DNA of 64,000 nucleotides from Actinomycetota bacterium (GTDB lineage: Bacteria; Actinomycetota; UBA4738; HRBIN12). Every line of letters begins with the position of its first letter. The first letter of the stretch is position 1. The notes under the pieces are model-generated. The model worked only from the letters and a program-made list of their open reading frames with translations. It searched no databases and was not told the origin of the DNA. This document shows, piece by piece, positions 16,316 to 26,154 of this stretch. The DNA is taken from NCBI GenBank assembly GCA_035463115.1, contig DATHTO010000149.1, positions 20,855 to 84,854 of the forward strand, given 5' to 3'. Position numbers and translations under genes: made by a program.

Positions 16316-17824
16316 CTACGCCGTGGACGCACCGCCCGTCACCGCGCGGCTGCTCGTGCGGACCGCGTCCAGCACCCCGTCGATGTCCGCCTCGGTTCCC
16401 ATGTGGTTCATCACGCCGGCGCGCAGGTACGTGCGCCCTCGGAGCGTCGTCGTCGACAGCCATCCCGCTCGGCTGCGCTCGAGCTCGCGCTGCACCCGGT
16501 CCTGGTGCTCGTCGACGGCGCGCTCGCCGAGACCGGCGGCCGGGACGATCCGGAAGCACACGACCGAGAGTTCCGGTGGGTCGACCGCGAGCTCGAGCAT
16601 CGGATCGTCGCGGCAGCGATCGGCGAGGTACGCGGCGAGGTCGTTCGTGCGCTCGACGAGCTCGCCGAACCCGCGGGTCCCGAGGTGTTGCCACGACATC
16701 CAGAGCTTCAAGCCGCGGAACCGACGGGTGCCCTCGAGCGTGAAGTGGTACCAGTCGAGCGGCTCGTCGTGGCTCGACCGCAGGTACTCCGGCGCTCGAT
16801 GGAAGGTGTCGGCGAGATCGTCGCGCCGGCGGACGAGCAGCCCGCCGATGTCGTACGGCTGGAAGAACCACTTGTGCGGATCGAGCGTGACCGAATCGGC
16901 GCGTTCGAGACCCGGCACGCGCGCCGCGTCGCGTTCCGACAGCCGGACCGCTCCGCCGTACGCCGCGTCGACGTGCACCCACAGGCCGAACCGTTCCGCG
17001 ACGTCCGCGACGGCGGGGATCGGATCGACGGCGCCGGTGTTCGTCGCTCCGGCGACCGCGACGATCGCGAACGGTCGCGCGCCGGCCGCGAGATCCTGCT
17101 CGATCGCGCGGACGAGCGCGTCGACGTCGATGTGGAACCGGTCGTCCGTCGGCACCGCTCGGAACGTCGACCCGTCGAAGCCGAGGATGTCGAGCGCCCG
17201 CGTGATCGAGAAGTGCGTCTGGTCGCTGCCGTACAGACGCATCGGACCGAGCCCCGACGCGCGCGGTCGGCCCTCCGACGCGTCGACGTGGTCGCGTGCG
17301 ACCGAGAGCGCCATGAGGTTCGCCATCGCGCCGCCCGACGTCAGCACGCCGAAGCCGTCCTCGGGGTAGCCGACGAGCGAGCGCAGCCACGCGACGACCT
17401 CCTCCTCGACGAACGTCGCCGACGGCGCGCCCTGCCAGATGTCGACGCCCTGGTTCAGCCACGGCGCCCACACGTCGCCGGCGATCGCCATCGGCAGCGG
17501 CGGAGGCGTGAAGTAGGCGAAGGTCCGGGGATGCGCGTGGCTGAACGCGTCGCGTCCGACGCGCTCCCGGACGTCGGCGAGCACCGCGCGCCACGAACGG
17601 CCGTGCTCGGGCGCCGCCGCCGCCTCGCCGCCCGCGCCGAAGAACCGCTCGCGCGACGCTTCGTACGTGAGCCCTTCCGTCGGCACCTCGGCGGCCCGCC
17701 CGTAGAGCCAGTCGAGCGCGTCGGTCCAGACGGCCGCGCCGAGCGTGAGGAGCGCCTCGCGCGACGCCTCGGGATCGCGGTACCGGACGAGGTCGTCGTC
17801 GGCGGGCAGACGCTCCGGCGTCAC
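16316..17824 (-). CDS. PLP-dependent group II amino-acid decarboxylase
   Basis: TSGGAMANLMAL and TLDPHKWFFQPYDIG (PLP-Lys motif). Start taken as the GTG at 17824, which overlaps the M20 stop (GTGA). Confidence 0.85.
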   Translation of the reverse strand: MTPERLPADDDLVRYRDPEASREALLTLGAAVWTDALDWLYGRAAEVPTEGLTYEASRERFFGAGGEAAAAPEHGRSWRAVLADVRERVGRDAFSHAHPRTFAYFTPPPLPMAIAGDVWAPWLNQGVDIWQGAPSATFVEEEVVAWLRSLVGYPEDGFGVLTSGGAMANLMALSVARDHVDASEGRPRASGLGPMRLYGSDQTHFSITRALDILGFDGSTFRAVPTDDRFHIDVDALVRAIEQDLAAGARPFAIVAVAGATNTGAVDPIPAVADVAERFGLWVHVDAAYGGAVRLSERDAARVPGLERADSVTLDPHKWFFQPYDIGGLLVRRRDDLADTFHRAPEYLRSSHDEPLDWYHFTLEGTRRFRGLKLWMSWQHLGTRGFGELVERTNDLAAYLADRCRDDPMLELAVDPPELSVVCFRIVPAAGLGERAVDEHQDRVQRELERSRAGWLSTTTLRGRTYLRAGVMNHMGTEADIDGVLDAVRTSSRAVTGGASTA

Positions 17825-19011
17825 GAGGCTCCTCGGCCGATCGTCGAGATCAGGCCGGCCAGCAGCGCGGTGCGTTCGGCGACGCTGCGCATGTCGATCC
17901 ACTCGCGCTCGCTGTGATCGTCGCCGCCGACCGGCCCGAGGCCGTCGAGCGTCGCGATGCCGATCGCGCTCGTCGCGTTCGCGTCGCTCGCGCCGCCGGT
18001 GGCCGCCTCGTCGAGGGCGAAGCCGAGGTCGGCGGCGATCGCCCGCGCGGTTCGGAACAGCTCCACGGTGCCGGCCGAACGCTCCATCGGCCGCACCTCT
18101 CGGGACTGGTGCACGGTCGACGTCACGCCCTCGGTCGCGTTCGTCGAGCCGATCCGCTCGACCTCCGCTTCGACGGCGGACAAGGCCGACTCGGTGGACG
18201 CCCGCACGTCGATGTCGAGCACCGCTCGCTCGGGCACGACGTTGGATCGCGTTCCCGCCTGCACCACGCCGACGTTCACGGTGGTGCCGTCGGGTCCGTC
18301 GTGCAGCGCGTGGAGCGCCTCGATCTTGCGCGCCGCCTCGACGACGGCGCTGCGTCCGCGTTCGGGCTCGACGCCGGCATGGGCGGCGCGACCGGTGATC
18401 TCGATCCGCACCGTCGTCACGCCTTTGCGTGAGGAGACGACGTCGCCGTTCTCGCGCGCGGCCTCGAGGACGAGCACGGCGTCGGCCCGGCGGGCCTCGT
18501 CGAGGATGCGTGGGCGTGACGCCGGCGAGCCACGCTCCTCGTCGGGGTTGCAGACGAACACGAGCTCGCCGAACGCTTCGTCCCCGACGTCACGCAGGAC
18601 GCCGGCCGCGTGGAGGCCGACGAGGAGGCCACCCTTCATGTCGCAGACGCCCGGACCGTAGCCGCGTCCGTCCTCGACGCGGAACGGCCGTGCCGCGGCC
18701 GTTCCGTCGGGGAAGACGGTGTCGAGGTGGCCGAGCAGCAGGACGCGCCGACCACCTGCACCCCGCAGACGTGCGATCAGGATGTCGCCCCAGCGTCGAT
18801 CGTCGACCCGGTCGGTCGCATGCCGCTCCACGGTCCAGCCGTCGGCGGCGAGCAGCTCGCCGACGCGGTCAGCCATGCGGTTCACGCCGTCGGGGGAGTC
18901 CGTTCCGGAGTCGATCGCGACGAGCTCGGCGAGGACGCTCGCGAACGCCGCCTCGCGCGCACGCGCCGCCTCGAGCATCCGGGCGCTCGTCGGAGCCGGG
19001 GTCGTCATCAC
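17821..19011 (-). CDS. M20 family metallopeptidase (carboxypeptidase G2-like)
   Basis: LLLGHLDTVFP, GPGVCDMKGG, NPDEERGS, GRAAHAG. Confidence 0.85.
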   Translation of the reverse strand: MMTTPAPTSARMLEAARAREAAFASVLAELVAIDSGTDSPDGVNRMADRVGELLAADGWTVERHATDRVDDRRWGDILIARLRGAGGRRVLLLGHLDTVFPDGTAAARPFRVEDGRGYGPGVCDMKGGLLVGLHAAGVLRDVGDEAFGELVFVCNPDEERGSPASRPRILDEARRADAVLVLEAARENGDVVSSRKGVTTVRIEITGRAAHAGVEPERGRSAVVEAARKIEALHALHDGPDGTTVNVGVVQAGTRSNVVPERAVLDIDVRASTESALSAVEAEVERIGSTNATEGVTSTVHQSREVRPMERSAGTVELFRTARAIAADLGFALDEAATGGASDANATSAIGIATLDGLGPVGGDDHSEREWIDMRSVAERTALLAGLISTIGRGAS

Positions 19012-19018
19012 AGCGCGT

Positions 19019-20848
19019 CTAGGCGGCGGGCGAGCCGGCGCCGAGGTAGGCCTCGACGACGCGGGGATCCGACGCGATCTCCTGCGGTCGACCGATCGCG
19101 ATCGTCCGTCCCTGGTCGAGGACCTGGATCCGGTCGCAGAGCTTCATGATGAGCCGCAGATCGTGGTCGACGACGATCACGGAGCATCCGAGCGTCGACC
19201 GGATCCGGCGGATGTTCGCGAGCAGCTCGTCGGACTCGGACTCGTTCATCCCGGCGGCCGGTTCGTCGAGCAGCAGCACGGAGGGCCGGCGGATCACGGC
19301 CCGCGCGATCTCGAGCCGGCGCTGGACCCCGTACGGGAGGTTCCGTGCCCGCTGGTGCTCGACGTCGCCGAGGCCGAACCATCCGAGGACGTCGTCGACG
19401 TCGGCGCGGCTGGCCGAGGTCGGCGCCGCCGCCTCGACGTTCTCGCGCGCCGTCAGCTCCGAGAACAGCCGGATGTTCTGGAACGTCCGGCTCAGACCGC
19501 GGCCGGCGACGCGGTGCGCCGACCAGCCGGTGACGTCGGTCGCCCCGAGCACGACGCGACCCTCGGTCGGCCGCTGCACGCCCGAGACGACGTTCAGCAG
19601 CGTCGTCTTGCCCGAACCGTTCGGACCGATCAGGCCGAGGACCTCGCCGTCACGGAGCTCGATGTCGACGCCGTCGAGGGCCGTGACGCCTTCGAAGCGC
19701 TTCACGACGCCGCGACCCTCCAGCACGGTGGGCGCGTCGGTGACCGGCGGGAGATGGTCCGCCTCGTCCACGTCGGCGACGTCGGCGGCCCCCCGGCGCC
19801 GGCTGCGAACGCGGCCCGCCAGCCTCCGGGCGAGGTCGTCGACCTCCCACCGACCGAAGATGCCCTCGGGGCGCAGGATCAGCGTCACGATGATCAGCAG
19901 CGCGATCGCGAACTGCACCGTGCCGGTGACGCGGGGGAGTTCCCACGGCCCGATCCGCACGCCCTGTTCGACGCGCGACAGCGTGTCGGTCATGAACGTG
20001 ATCACGGCGGCGCCGACGACGGCGCCCGTCACGGACGAGCGGCCGCCGACGACGAGCATCGCGAGCAGGGCGAACGTGATCGCGAAGTAGAACTGGTTCG
20101 CGTTGAACGCGATCACGTTCTGGGCCCACACCGATCCCGCGGCGCCCATCAGCGCGCCGCTGAGGATCCAGCCGCCGTAGCGGACGCGGACGACGTTCGT
20201 GCCGACGGATGCCGACGACAGGGCGTCCTCGCGCGTCGCGCGCAGGCGCAGGCCCGACCGCGACTCCTTGTACAGCCGCCCGACGAACACGAACGCCACG
20301 GCGATCGCGGCGGCGACGCCGAGCGTCGTCCGGGTCGGGATCCCGGCGAGTCCCACGGCGCCGCGGGTGTAGGTCGTCGCGTTCTGGAAGAAGGTGTGCG
20401 CGATCACCAGCAGCGCGAGCGTCGCCATCGCCATCGTCGATTCGGCCATCCGGACGATCGCGCCTCCGAAGACGGCGGCCACGACGGCCGCGATCACGGC
20501 GGCCGCGACGATCGCCGGCACGAACCCGAGCTCGAGCGTCGCGACCCACGCCGGCAGCTCGGGCATCTGCGCCGTCTTCAGCGCCTCGGGGATCGACCCG
20601 AGCGCCGTCACGTAGGCGCCGATCCCCATGAACGCGACGTGCCCGAACGAGACGATCCCGCTGTTCCCGATGAAGGTCTGGATCGCGACGACGAGCATCA
20701 CGTTCACGAGGAAGACGACGTACGTCCGGCCCGCCGACGACGAGGCGCCCGAGCGCACCGCGAGCATGCCGGCCACGAGCAGCGCCCCGATCACCGCGGT
20801 GCCCCACACCGCGGGACGGAGCCGGTGCAGCGGGATCGGCCCGGTCAC
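19019..20848 (-). CDS. Fused branched-chain-amino-acid-type ABC permease (LivM-like) and ATPase (LivG-like)
   Basis: The N-terminal ~330 aa are polytopic (SFGHVAFMGIGAYV...). Next come a basic linker and an ABC ATPase (GLIGPNGSGKTTLLNV, LPYGVQRRLEIARA, LLLDEPAAGM). GTG start overlaps the livH-like stop (GTGA). Confidence 0.85.
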   Translation of the reverse strand: MTGPIPLHRLRPAVWGTAVIGALLVAGMLAVRSGASSSAGRTYVVFLVNVMLVVAIQTFIGNSGIVSFGHVAFMGIGAYVTALGSIPEALKTAQMPELPAWVATLELGFVPAIVAAAVIAAVVAAVFGGAIVRMAESTMAMATLALLVIAHTFFQNATTYTRGAVGLAGIPTRTTLGVAAAIAVAFVFVGRLYKESRSGLRLRATREDALSSASVGTNVVRVRYGGWILSGALMGAAGSVWAQNVIAFNANQFYFAITFALLAMLVVGGRSSVTGAVVGAAVITFMTDTLSRVEQGVRIGPWELPRVTGTVQFAIALLIIVTLILRPEGIFGRWEVDDLARRLAGRVRSRRRGAADVADVDEADHLPPVTDAPTVLEGRGVVKRFEGVTALDGVDIELRDGEVLGLIGPNGSGKTTLLNVVSGVQRPTEGRVVLGATDVTGWSAHRVAGRGLSRTFQNIRLFSELTARENVEAAAPTSASRADVDDVLGWFGLGDVEHQRARNLPYGVQRRLEIARAVIRRPSVLLLDEPAAGMNESESDELLANIRRIRSTLGCSVIVVDHDLRLIMKLCDRIQVLDQGRTIAIGRPQEIASDPRVVEAYLGAGSPAA

Positions 20849-21735
20849 GTGACCGCCCGCTGTCCGAAGAGGCCCTGGGGGCGGACGTACAGGACCGCGA
20901 CCACGATCAGCAACGCCGTCGCCTGGGCGTACGGCAGGAGGGAGCCCGGCAGCGTCGCCTGCAGGAAGACCTCGAGGGTCCCGAGGAAGAACCCACCGAG
21001 CACGGCGCCCCGGAGGTTCCCGAGCCCGCCGATCACCGACGCGATGAACGCCTGGACCACCGGCACGAACCCGGTCGCCGGGTTCACCGACGTCGTCCGG
21101 GCGATCCAGAGCACCCCCGCGATCCCCGCGAGCAGCCCCGAGATCAGGAACGCGAGCGAGATCACCCGGTTCGCGCGCACGCCGTTCAACCGCGCCGTCG
21201 TGAAGTCCTGCGCCGCGGCGCGCATCGAGAGGCCAGCCCGCGAGCGCTTCATGAACTGCGTCAGCGACACGAGCGCGATCGCGCCGATCGACGCGGTGAT
21301 GATCGACAGGACGCTGATCCGGACCGGACCCAGGTCAAGCGCCTCGTCGAACAGCGCGGGGACCGGCACGCCGCGCGCCCGGACCGACACGGCCTGCCGG
21401 AACGCCCCCTGGATCAGCTGCGCGACGGCGAACGACGTGAAGAGCAACGAGACGAAGCTCGCGTTGCGGAGCGGCCGGAACGCCACGAGCTCCATCAGGA
21501 CCGAGGCGAGGCCGGCGGCCGCGACGCCGCCCAGGGCGACGAGGATGAACGGCGCGTCGGTCTCGGTCGTGAGGAACAGCATCGTGTAGCCCGCGATCGT
21601 GACGAGCTCGCCGTACGCGAAGTTCAGCATCCCGAGGATCCCGTAGACCATCGACAGCCCGAGGGCGAGGACCGCGTAGATGCTTCCGAGGGAGAGCGCG
21701 TTGACGAGCTGCTGCACGAACTCCGACGGGCTCAT
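20845..21735 (-). CDS. Branched-chain-amino-acid-type ABC permease (LivH-like)
   Basis: MSPSEFVQQLVNALSLGSIYAVLALGLSMVYGILGMLNFAYGE is a typical LivH N-terminus. Confidence 0.9.
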   Translation of the reverse strand: MSPSEFVQQLVNALSLGSIYAVLALGLSMVYGILGMLNFAYGELVTIAGYTMLFLTTETDAPFILVALGGVAAAGLASVLMELVAFRPLRNASFVSLLFTSFAVAQLIQGAFRQAVSVRARGVPVPALFDEALDLGPVRISVLSIITASIGAIALVSLTQFMKRSRAGLSMRAAAQDFTTARLNGVRANRVISLAFLISGLLAGIAGVLWIARTTSVNPATGFVPVVQAFIASVIGGLGNLRGAVLGGFFLGTLEVFLQATLPGSLLPYAQATALLIVVAVLYVRPQGLFGQRAVT

Positions 21736-21744
21736 CGCGTCAGC

Positions 21745-22512
21745 TCAGCCCTTCCGCCCGATGCCGAGGTAGGAGCGCTCGAGGTCGCCCTCGGCCAGGC
21801 TCTCGGCCGGCCCGCTCGCGACGACCTCGCCGACCGACAGCACGACGGCCCGGTCCGCGACCGCGAGCGCGCGATGCACGTTCTGTTCCACGAGCAGGAT
21901 CGTGACCCCGTCGTCACGGAGCTCCGAGATCAGGGCGAAGATGCGGTCGACGACGATCGGCGCGAGGCCGAGCGACGGCTCGTCCAGCAGCAGCATCGTC
22001 GGCCGTCCCATCAGGGCCCTCGCGATCGCGAGCTGTTGCTGCTCCCCTCCCGAGAGGGTCCCCGCGAGCTGCGACCGGCGTTCGCCGAGGATCGGGAACC
22101 GCGCGAGCCACCCGTCGGCGTCGCGGCGGACCTCGTCGCGCTCGGAGCGCGTCGTGCCACCGACGAGGAGGTTCTCCTCGACCGTCAGCCCCGGGAAGAT
22201 GTGGCGTCCTTCGGGGACGAGCGCGATGCCGCGGCCGACCACCGCCTCGGGCGCCGAGCCGCTCAGCGGCGACCCTCGGAACGTGATCGCGCCGGCCTGC
22301 GGCTTCAGGACGCCCGCGATCGTGCGCAGGAGCGTCGTCTTGCCCGCGCCGTTCGGACCGAGTGCCGCCACGATCTCGCCGGCTCGGACGTCGAGCGACA
22401 CGTCACGGAGGGCCGTGACGGCGCCGTACGTCACCCGCAGCGAGTCGACGGACAGGAGCGGGGCGCCGTCGCCCCGCTCCGGTGCCGTGCCGTTGCCGGC
22501 GACGTCGCTCAC
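21745..22512 (-). CDS. ABC transporter ATP-binding protein (LivF-like)
   Basis: ALGPNGAGKTTLL, LSGGEQQQLAIARAL, LLLDEPSLGLAP. Start taken as the GTG at 22512, which overlaps the binding-protein stop (GTGA). Confidence 0.85.
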   Translation of the reverse strand: MSDVAGNGTAPERGDGAPLLSVDSLRVTYGAVTALRDVSLDVRAGEIVAALGPNGAGKTTLLRTIAGVLKPQAGAITFRGSPLSGSAPEAVVGRGIALVPEGRHIFPGLTVEENLLVGGTTRSERDEVRRDADGWLARFPILGERRSQLAGTLSGGEQQQLAIARALMGRPTMLLLDEPSLGLAPIVVDRIFALISELRDDGVTILLVEQNVHRALAVADRAVVLSVGEVVASGPAESLAEGDLERSYLGIGRKG

Positions 22513-23717
22513 CCGACCGGCGGAACGTACTCCGGGAAGTCCGGTTGCTCGAGGCACGTGAAGTTCGTGCCGTCCATCTGGATCAGCGCGGCCGGCTTGT
22601 TCGCGCGCCGCGTCTCGGGATCCATCTCGACCTGGCCGGAGATGCCCGTGTAGCTCAGGCTCGCGAGCGCCTCGACGATCGCCGACGGCTCGGCGTCGCC
22701 CGCCGACTCGATCGCCGCCGCGACGGCGTTGACCTCGTCGTAGCCGATCACGGCGACGTACGAGCTCGGGTCCTCGCCGTAGCGTTCGGCGTAGCTGTCG
22801 TAGAAGGCCTGCACGTCCGCGTCGCCCTCGGCCGTGCAGACCGAGTTCGTGAACGTGAGGCCGTCGATCGCCTTCTCGCCGGCGTCGAGGAGCGCGGCGT
22901 CGCCGTTGCCGTCGGCCGAGAGGACCGGCGTCGTCACCCCCGCCTGTCGGAGCTGCCGGTAGAACACCGCGCTGTCGGGCAGGTACATCGGCGTGTAGAT
23001 CGCGTCGGGCGCCGGATCGACGTTCGCGATCTTCGTGACGACCGCGGAGTAGTCGCCCGCGCCGAGCTTGTACTGGTCGGTGCCGACGACGGTTCCGCCG
23101 CCGTTCTCGAACGCGTCCTGGAAGAAGATCGGAAGGTCACGCGTGTACGGGATCTCGTTCGAGCCCAGGACGTACGCCGTCTGGTAGTCCTGCGACAGCG
23201 CGTACTCGGCCATCACGGCCGCCTGGATGTTGTCGCTCATCACGAGCTGGTACGCGCACTCGCCCATGTCGCCGACGAGGGTGGGCGCGGTTCCGAGGCC
23301 CGTGGAGATCGGCACGCCCGCGCCGCAGGCGACCTGGCCCTCGGCGAGGATGCCGTCGCCGACCGTCCCGATCAGGTACACGGCGCCGTCGTCGATCAGC
23401 TGCTGGGTGACCTTCGTCGCCTCGGCGAGGTCGTTCCGCATGTCGACCGTCCGCAGCTCCAGCGGGCGACCGAGCACGCCGCCGTCCTCGTTGATCTCGT
23501 CGACGGCCATCTGCGCGCCCTCGTCCATCGGGACGTCGTAGTACGCCCAGTCGGTGGACAGGTCCGCCGGGAACCCGATCACGATCGGGTCGCCGGTCGC
23601 TTCACCGCCTCCGCCGCCGCCGCCGGGCGACTGCCCTCCGTCGTCGCCCTCGTCTGCCGCGCACGCGGCTCCGAGGAGCGACAGAACGAACACGCACGCG
23701 AGTGCCCTCCGCAGCAT
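22509..23717 (-). CDS. Periplasmic-type substrate-binding protein of Liv/amide/urea ABC family, signal peptide with Cys
   Basis: ATG at 23717 preceded by AAGGAGG. MLRRALACVFVLSLLGAACAADEG is followed by a Gly7 linker. IVIGFPADLS...AQMAVDEINEDGGVLGRPLEL is typical of type I PBPs (LivK family). Confidence 0.85.
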   Translation of the reverse strand: MLRRALACVFVLSLLGAACAADEGDDGGQSPGGGGGGGEATGDPIVIGFPADLSTDWAYYDVPMDEGAQMAVDEINEDGGVLGRPLELRTVDMRNDLAEATKVTQQLIDDGAVYLIGTVGDGILAEGQVACGAGVPISTGLGTAPTLVGDMGECAYQLVMSDNIQAAVMAEYALSQDYQTAYVLGSNEIPYTRDLPIFFQDAFENGGGTVVGTDQYKLGAGDYSAVVTKIANVDPAPDAIYTPMYLPDSAVFYRQLRQAGVTTPVLSADGNGDAALLDAGEKAIDGLTFTNSVCTAEGDADVQAFYDSYAERYGEDPSSYVAVIGYDEVNAVAAAIESAGDAEPSAIVEALASLSYTGISGQVEMDPETRRANKPAALIQMDGTNFTCLEQPDFPEYVPPVG

Positions 23718-23814
23718 GCCGGCGACCTCCTTGGGTCGGCTCGTGAGCGCGGCCTCCCCCCGGCCGCGCGTCGGTCCGCGCATCTGAACGCGCCGTCCCG
23801 CGGCCTGTCAAGAC

Positions 23815-23851
23815 AGTTACGGACTTCACGCGATCGGTGCGGTATGTAACT
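23815..23851. promoter_or_regulatory. AT-richer inverted repeat AGTTAC-N25-GTAACT in the divergent livK-like/rpiR promoter region (candidate operator)
   Basis: This is the only AT-rich patch in the 148-bp divergent intergenic region 23718-23865. AGTTAC (23815-23820) and GTAACT (23846-23851) are exact reverse complements. A TGTCaaGACA element lies just upstream (23806-23815). Confidence 0.3.
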
Positions 23852-23865
23852 ATCCTTCCCCGCCC

Positions 23866-24771
23866 ATGGCCGCGCCGCGCACCCGAACGACAGAGTCGAT
23901 CGCGGAGGAGATCCGCGAGCGCCTCCACGAGATGACGCCGTCCGAGCGGCGGGTCGCACGGACGCTCCTCGCGACCTATCCGAGCGCGGGCCTCCAGAGC
24001 ATGCCGCAGCTCGCCGACGGAGCGGGCGTCACCGGGCCGACGGTCCTGCGCTTCGTCCGGAAGGTCGGCTTCGCCGGCTACCCGGATTTCCAGCGCTCGC
24101 TGCGCGCGGAGGTGCAGGCGCGGACCGAAGGGCTCCCGACGCTCTATCGGACCCGCGGCACGCCGCCGCGCGACGCCGTGGTCCGGTCGATCCACGAGGC
24201 GTCCACGAAGGCCCTCGACGCGACGTTCACGTCCTCGACGCTCGACGACGACCTCGACGCGGTCGTGAGCCTCGTCTGCGATCCGAGACGCCGCCTGTGG
24301 TTCGTCGGCGGCCGGTTCAGCCAGCTCGTGGCGCGGTACCTCGAGGCGCAGCTCCGCCTGTTGCGGCCGGGATGCGCGATCGTCGACGAGGCGCCGGACC
24401 GGCGGATCGTGCACGCGATGGAGATCGGCAAGCGCGACGTGCTCTGTCTGTTCGACTACCGCCGGTACCAGCAGGACACGGTCGCCGTCGGGCGCGTCGC
24501 GGCCGAGCGCGGCGCCGTCATCGTGGTGTTCACCGACCCGTGGCTGTCGCCGGCGGTCGAGTCGGCGACCCACGTGTTGATCTCGCACGTCGACTCGCCG
24601 TCGCCGTTCGACTCGCTCGTCGCCGCGTTCGCGCTCACCGAGCTGATCACCGCACGGGTCGTCGACGCGCTCGGGGCGGCGGGGTCGGCGCGGGTCTCCG
24701 AGCTCGAGGGCCTGCACGCGCGCGTCGACGGATCGGCGCCCGCTCCCGCGGGTGCGGGAGGAGGACGATGA
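23866..24771 (+). CDS. MurR/RpiR family transcriptional regulator (HTH + SIS domain)
   Basis: MTPSERRVARTLLATYPSAGLQSMPQLADGAGVTGPTVLRFVRKVGFAGYPDFQ (RpiR HTH), followed by a SIS-like region. Confidence 0.85.
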   Translation: MAAPRTRTTESIAEEIRERLHEMTPSERRVARTLLATYPSAGLQSMPQLADGAGVTGPTVLRFVRKVGFAGYPDFQRSLRAEVQARTEGLPTLYRTRGTPPRDAVVRSIHEASTKALDATFTSSTLDDDLDAVVSLVCDPRRRLWFVGGRFSQLVARYLEAQLRLLRPGCAIVDEAPDRRIVHAMEIGKRDVLCLFDYRRYQQDTVAVGRVAAERGAVIVVFTDPWLSPAVESATHVLISHVDSPSPFDSLVAAFALTELITARVVDALGAAGSARVSELEGLHARVDGSAPAPAGAGGGR

Positions 24772-26132
24772 CGGATCTGCGCGGTTCGGCGGCGGCGGTC
24801 GCCGATCGGCTCCGCGACGCGGGCGTCCAGGCGGTGATGCTGCCGTTCGTCGATCCCTCGATGATCGTGCGGACGAAGGTGATCCCGCTCGAGCGCTTCG
24901 AGCACGTGGCCGAACGCGGGGTCGGGCTCTCGACGCTCTTCAACGTCGCGATGTCGAACGACGCGTTCGCGCTCGCCGACGGTTACATCGACGGCCCGAG
25001 CGGCGACCTGCGTCTCGTGCCCGATCCGTCGGCCGCCGTTCCGGTCGCGGCCATGCCGGGATGGGCGTGGGCGCCGGTCGACCAGTACTCGCAGGACGGG
25101 CAACCGTATCCGGGCTGCCCGCGGACGTTCGCGCGTCGGCAAGCGGAGGCGTTCGCGTCGCGGGGCCTGTCCGTGCGCGTCGCGTTCGAGTTCGAGTTCT
25201 CGATCGGGACGCGAGGGGCCGACGGCTCGTTGATCCCCGCGCACGAGGGTCCGGGGTACAGCGACATCGCGCTCGTCCGGAACCACGACTTCGCGCTGGA
25301 CCTGCTGGTGACCGCCGAGGCGCAGGGTCTGCAGCTCCAGCAGCTGCATCCCGAGTACGCCGACGGCCAGTTCGAGATGTCGATCGCGCCCGGCGACCCC
25401 GTCGCCGCCGCCGATGCCGCCATGCTGGTCCGGCAGACGGTGCGCGCCGTCGCGCGCCGACACGGGCTGCTCGCGTCCTTCGCGCCGCAGGTTGGACCCG
25501 ACACCGGGAACGGGACGCACATGCACGTCAGCGTCTGGGAGGGCGACCGGAACCTGCTGTCCGGCGGCGACGGCCCCGCCGGGATGCAGCCGATCGGCGA
25601 GCGGGCCGTCGCGGGGATCCTCGGCGAGCTTCCGGCGGTCGTCGCGGTGACGGTGCCGACATGTCTCGGGTACGAGCGCCTGCAGCCGCACCACTGGTCC
25701 GGCGCGATGCAGTGCTGGGGCACCGAGAACCGCGAGGCGGCGCTCCGGTTCGTCGCCGGCGTGTCCGACGCGACCGCGGGGTCGGCGAACGTCGAGGTGA
25801 AGCCGGTCGACGGAACGGCGAACCCGTACCTGGCCGTCGGCGCCGTGCTCGCGGCCGCCTCCCACGGGATCGAGACCGCGGCGACGCTTCCGCCGTCGAC
25901 CGTCGAGGATCCGTCGTCGCTCCCGAGCGACGTCGCCCGCGACCGGGGCGTGCGGCAGTTGCCCGCGTCGCTCGCTGAGTCGACGGAGCGGTTCGCCGCC
26001 TCGAGCGTCCTGCGCGAGGCGATGGGCGAGTTCCTGTTCGAGACGTACCTCGCGACGCGACGGGGCGAGGTCGAGCAGTACGCCGACGCGGGCGCCGAGG
26101 AACTGATCCGGCGGCTGCGCTGGCGCTTCTGA
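24768..26132 (+). CDS. Glutamine synthetase-like ligase (GlnA-family, gamma-glutamyl-amine synthetase type)
   Basis: ATG at 24768 overlaps the rpiR stop (ATGA), with GGGAGGAGGA upstream. VAFEFEFSIG, LHPEYADGQFE, NGTHMHVSVW, TENREAALR and NPYLAVGAVL match GS catalytic-domain motifs. 454 aa. Confidence 0.85.
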   Translation: MTDLRGSAAAVADRLRDAGVQAVMLPFVDPSMIVRTKVIPLERFEHVAERGVGLSTLFNVAMSNDAFALADGYIDGPSGDLRLVPDPSAAVPVAAMPGWAWAPVDQYSQDGQPYPGCPRTFARRQAEAFASRGLSVRVAFEFEFSIGTRGADGSLIPAHEGPGYSDIALVRNHDFALDLLVTAEAQGLQLQQLHPEYADGQFEMSIAPGDPVAAADAAMLVRQTVRAVARRHGLLASFAPQVGPDTGNGTHMHVSVWEGDRNLLSGGDGPAGMQPIGERAVAGILGELPAVVAVTVPTCLGYERLQPHHWSGAMQCWGTENREAALRFVAGVSDATAGSANVEVKPVDGTANPYLAVGAVLAAASHGIETAATLPPSTVEDPSSLPSDVARDRGVRQLPASLAESTERFAASSVLREAMGEFLFETYLATRRGEVEQYADAGAEELIRRLRWRF

Positions 26133-26154
26133 CCACCACGCGAGGGGGAGAGCC

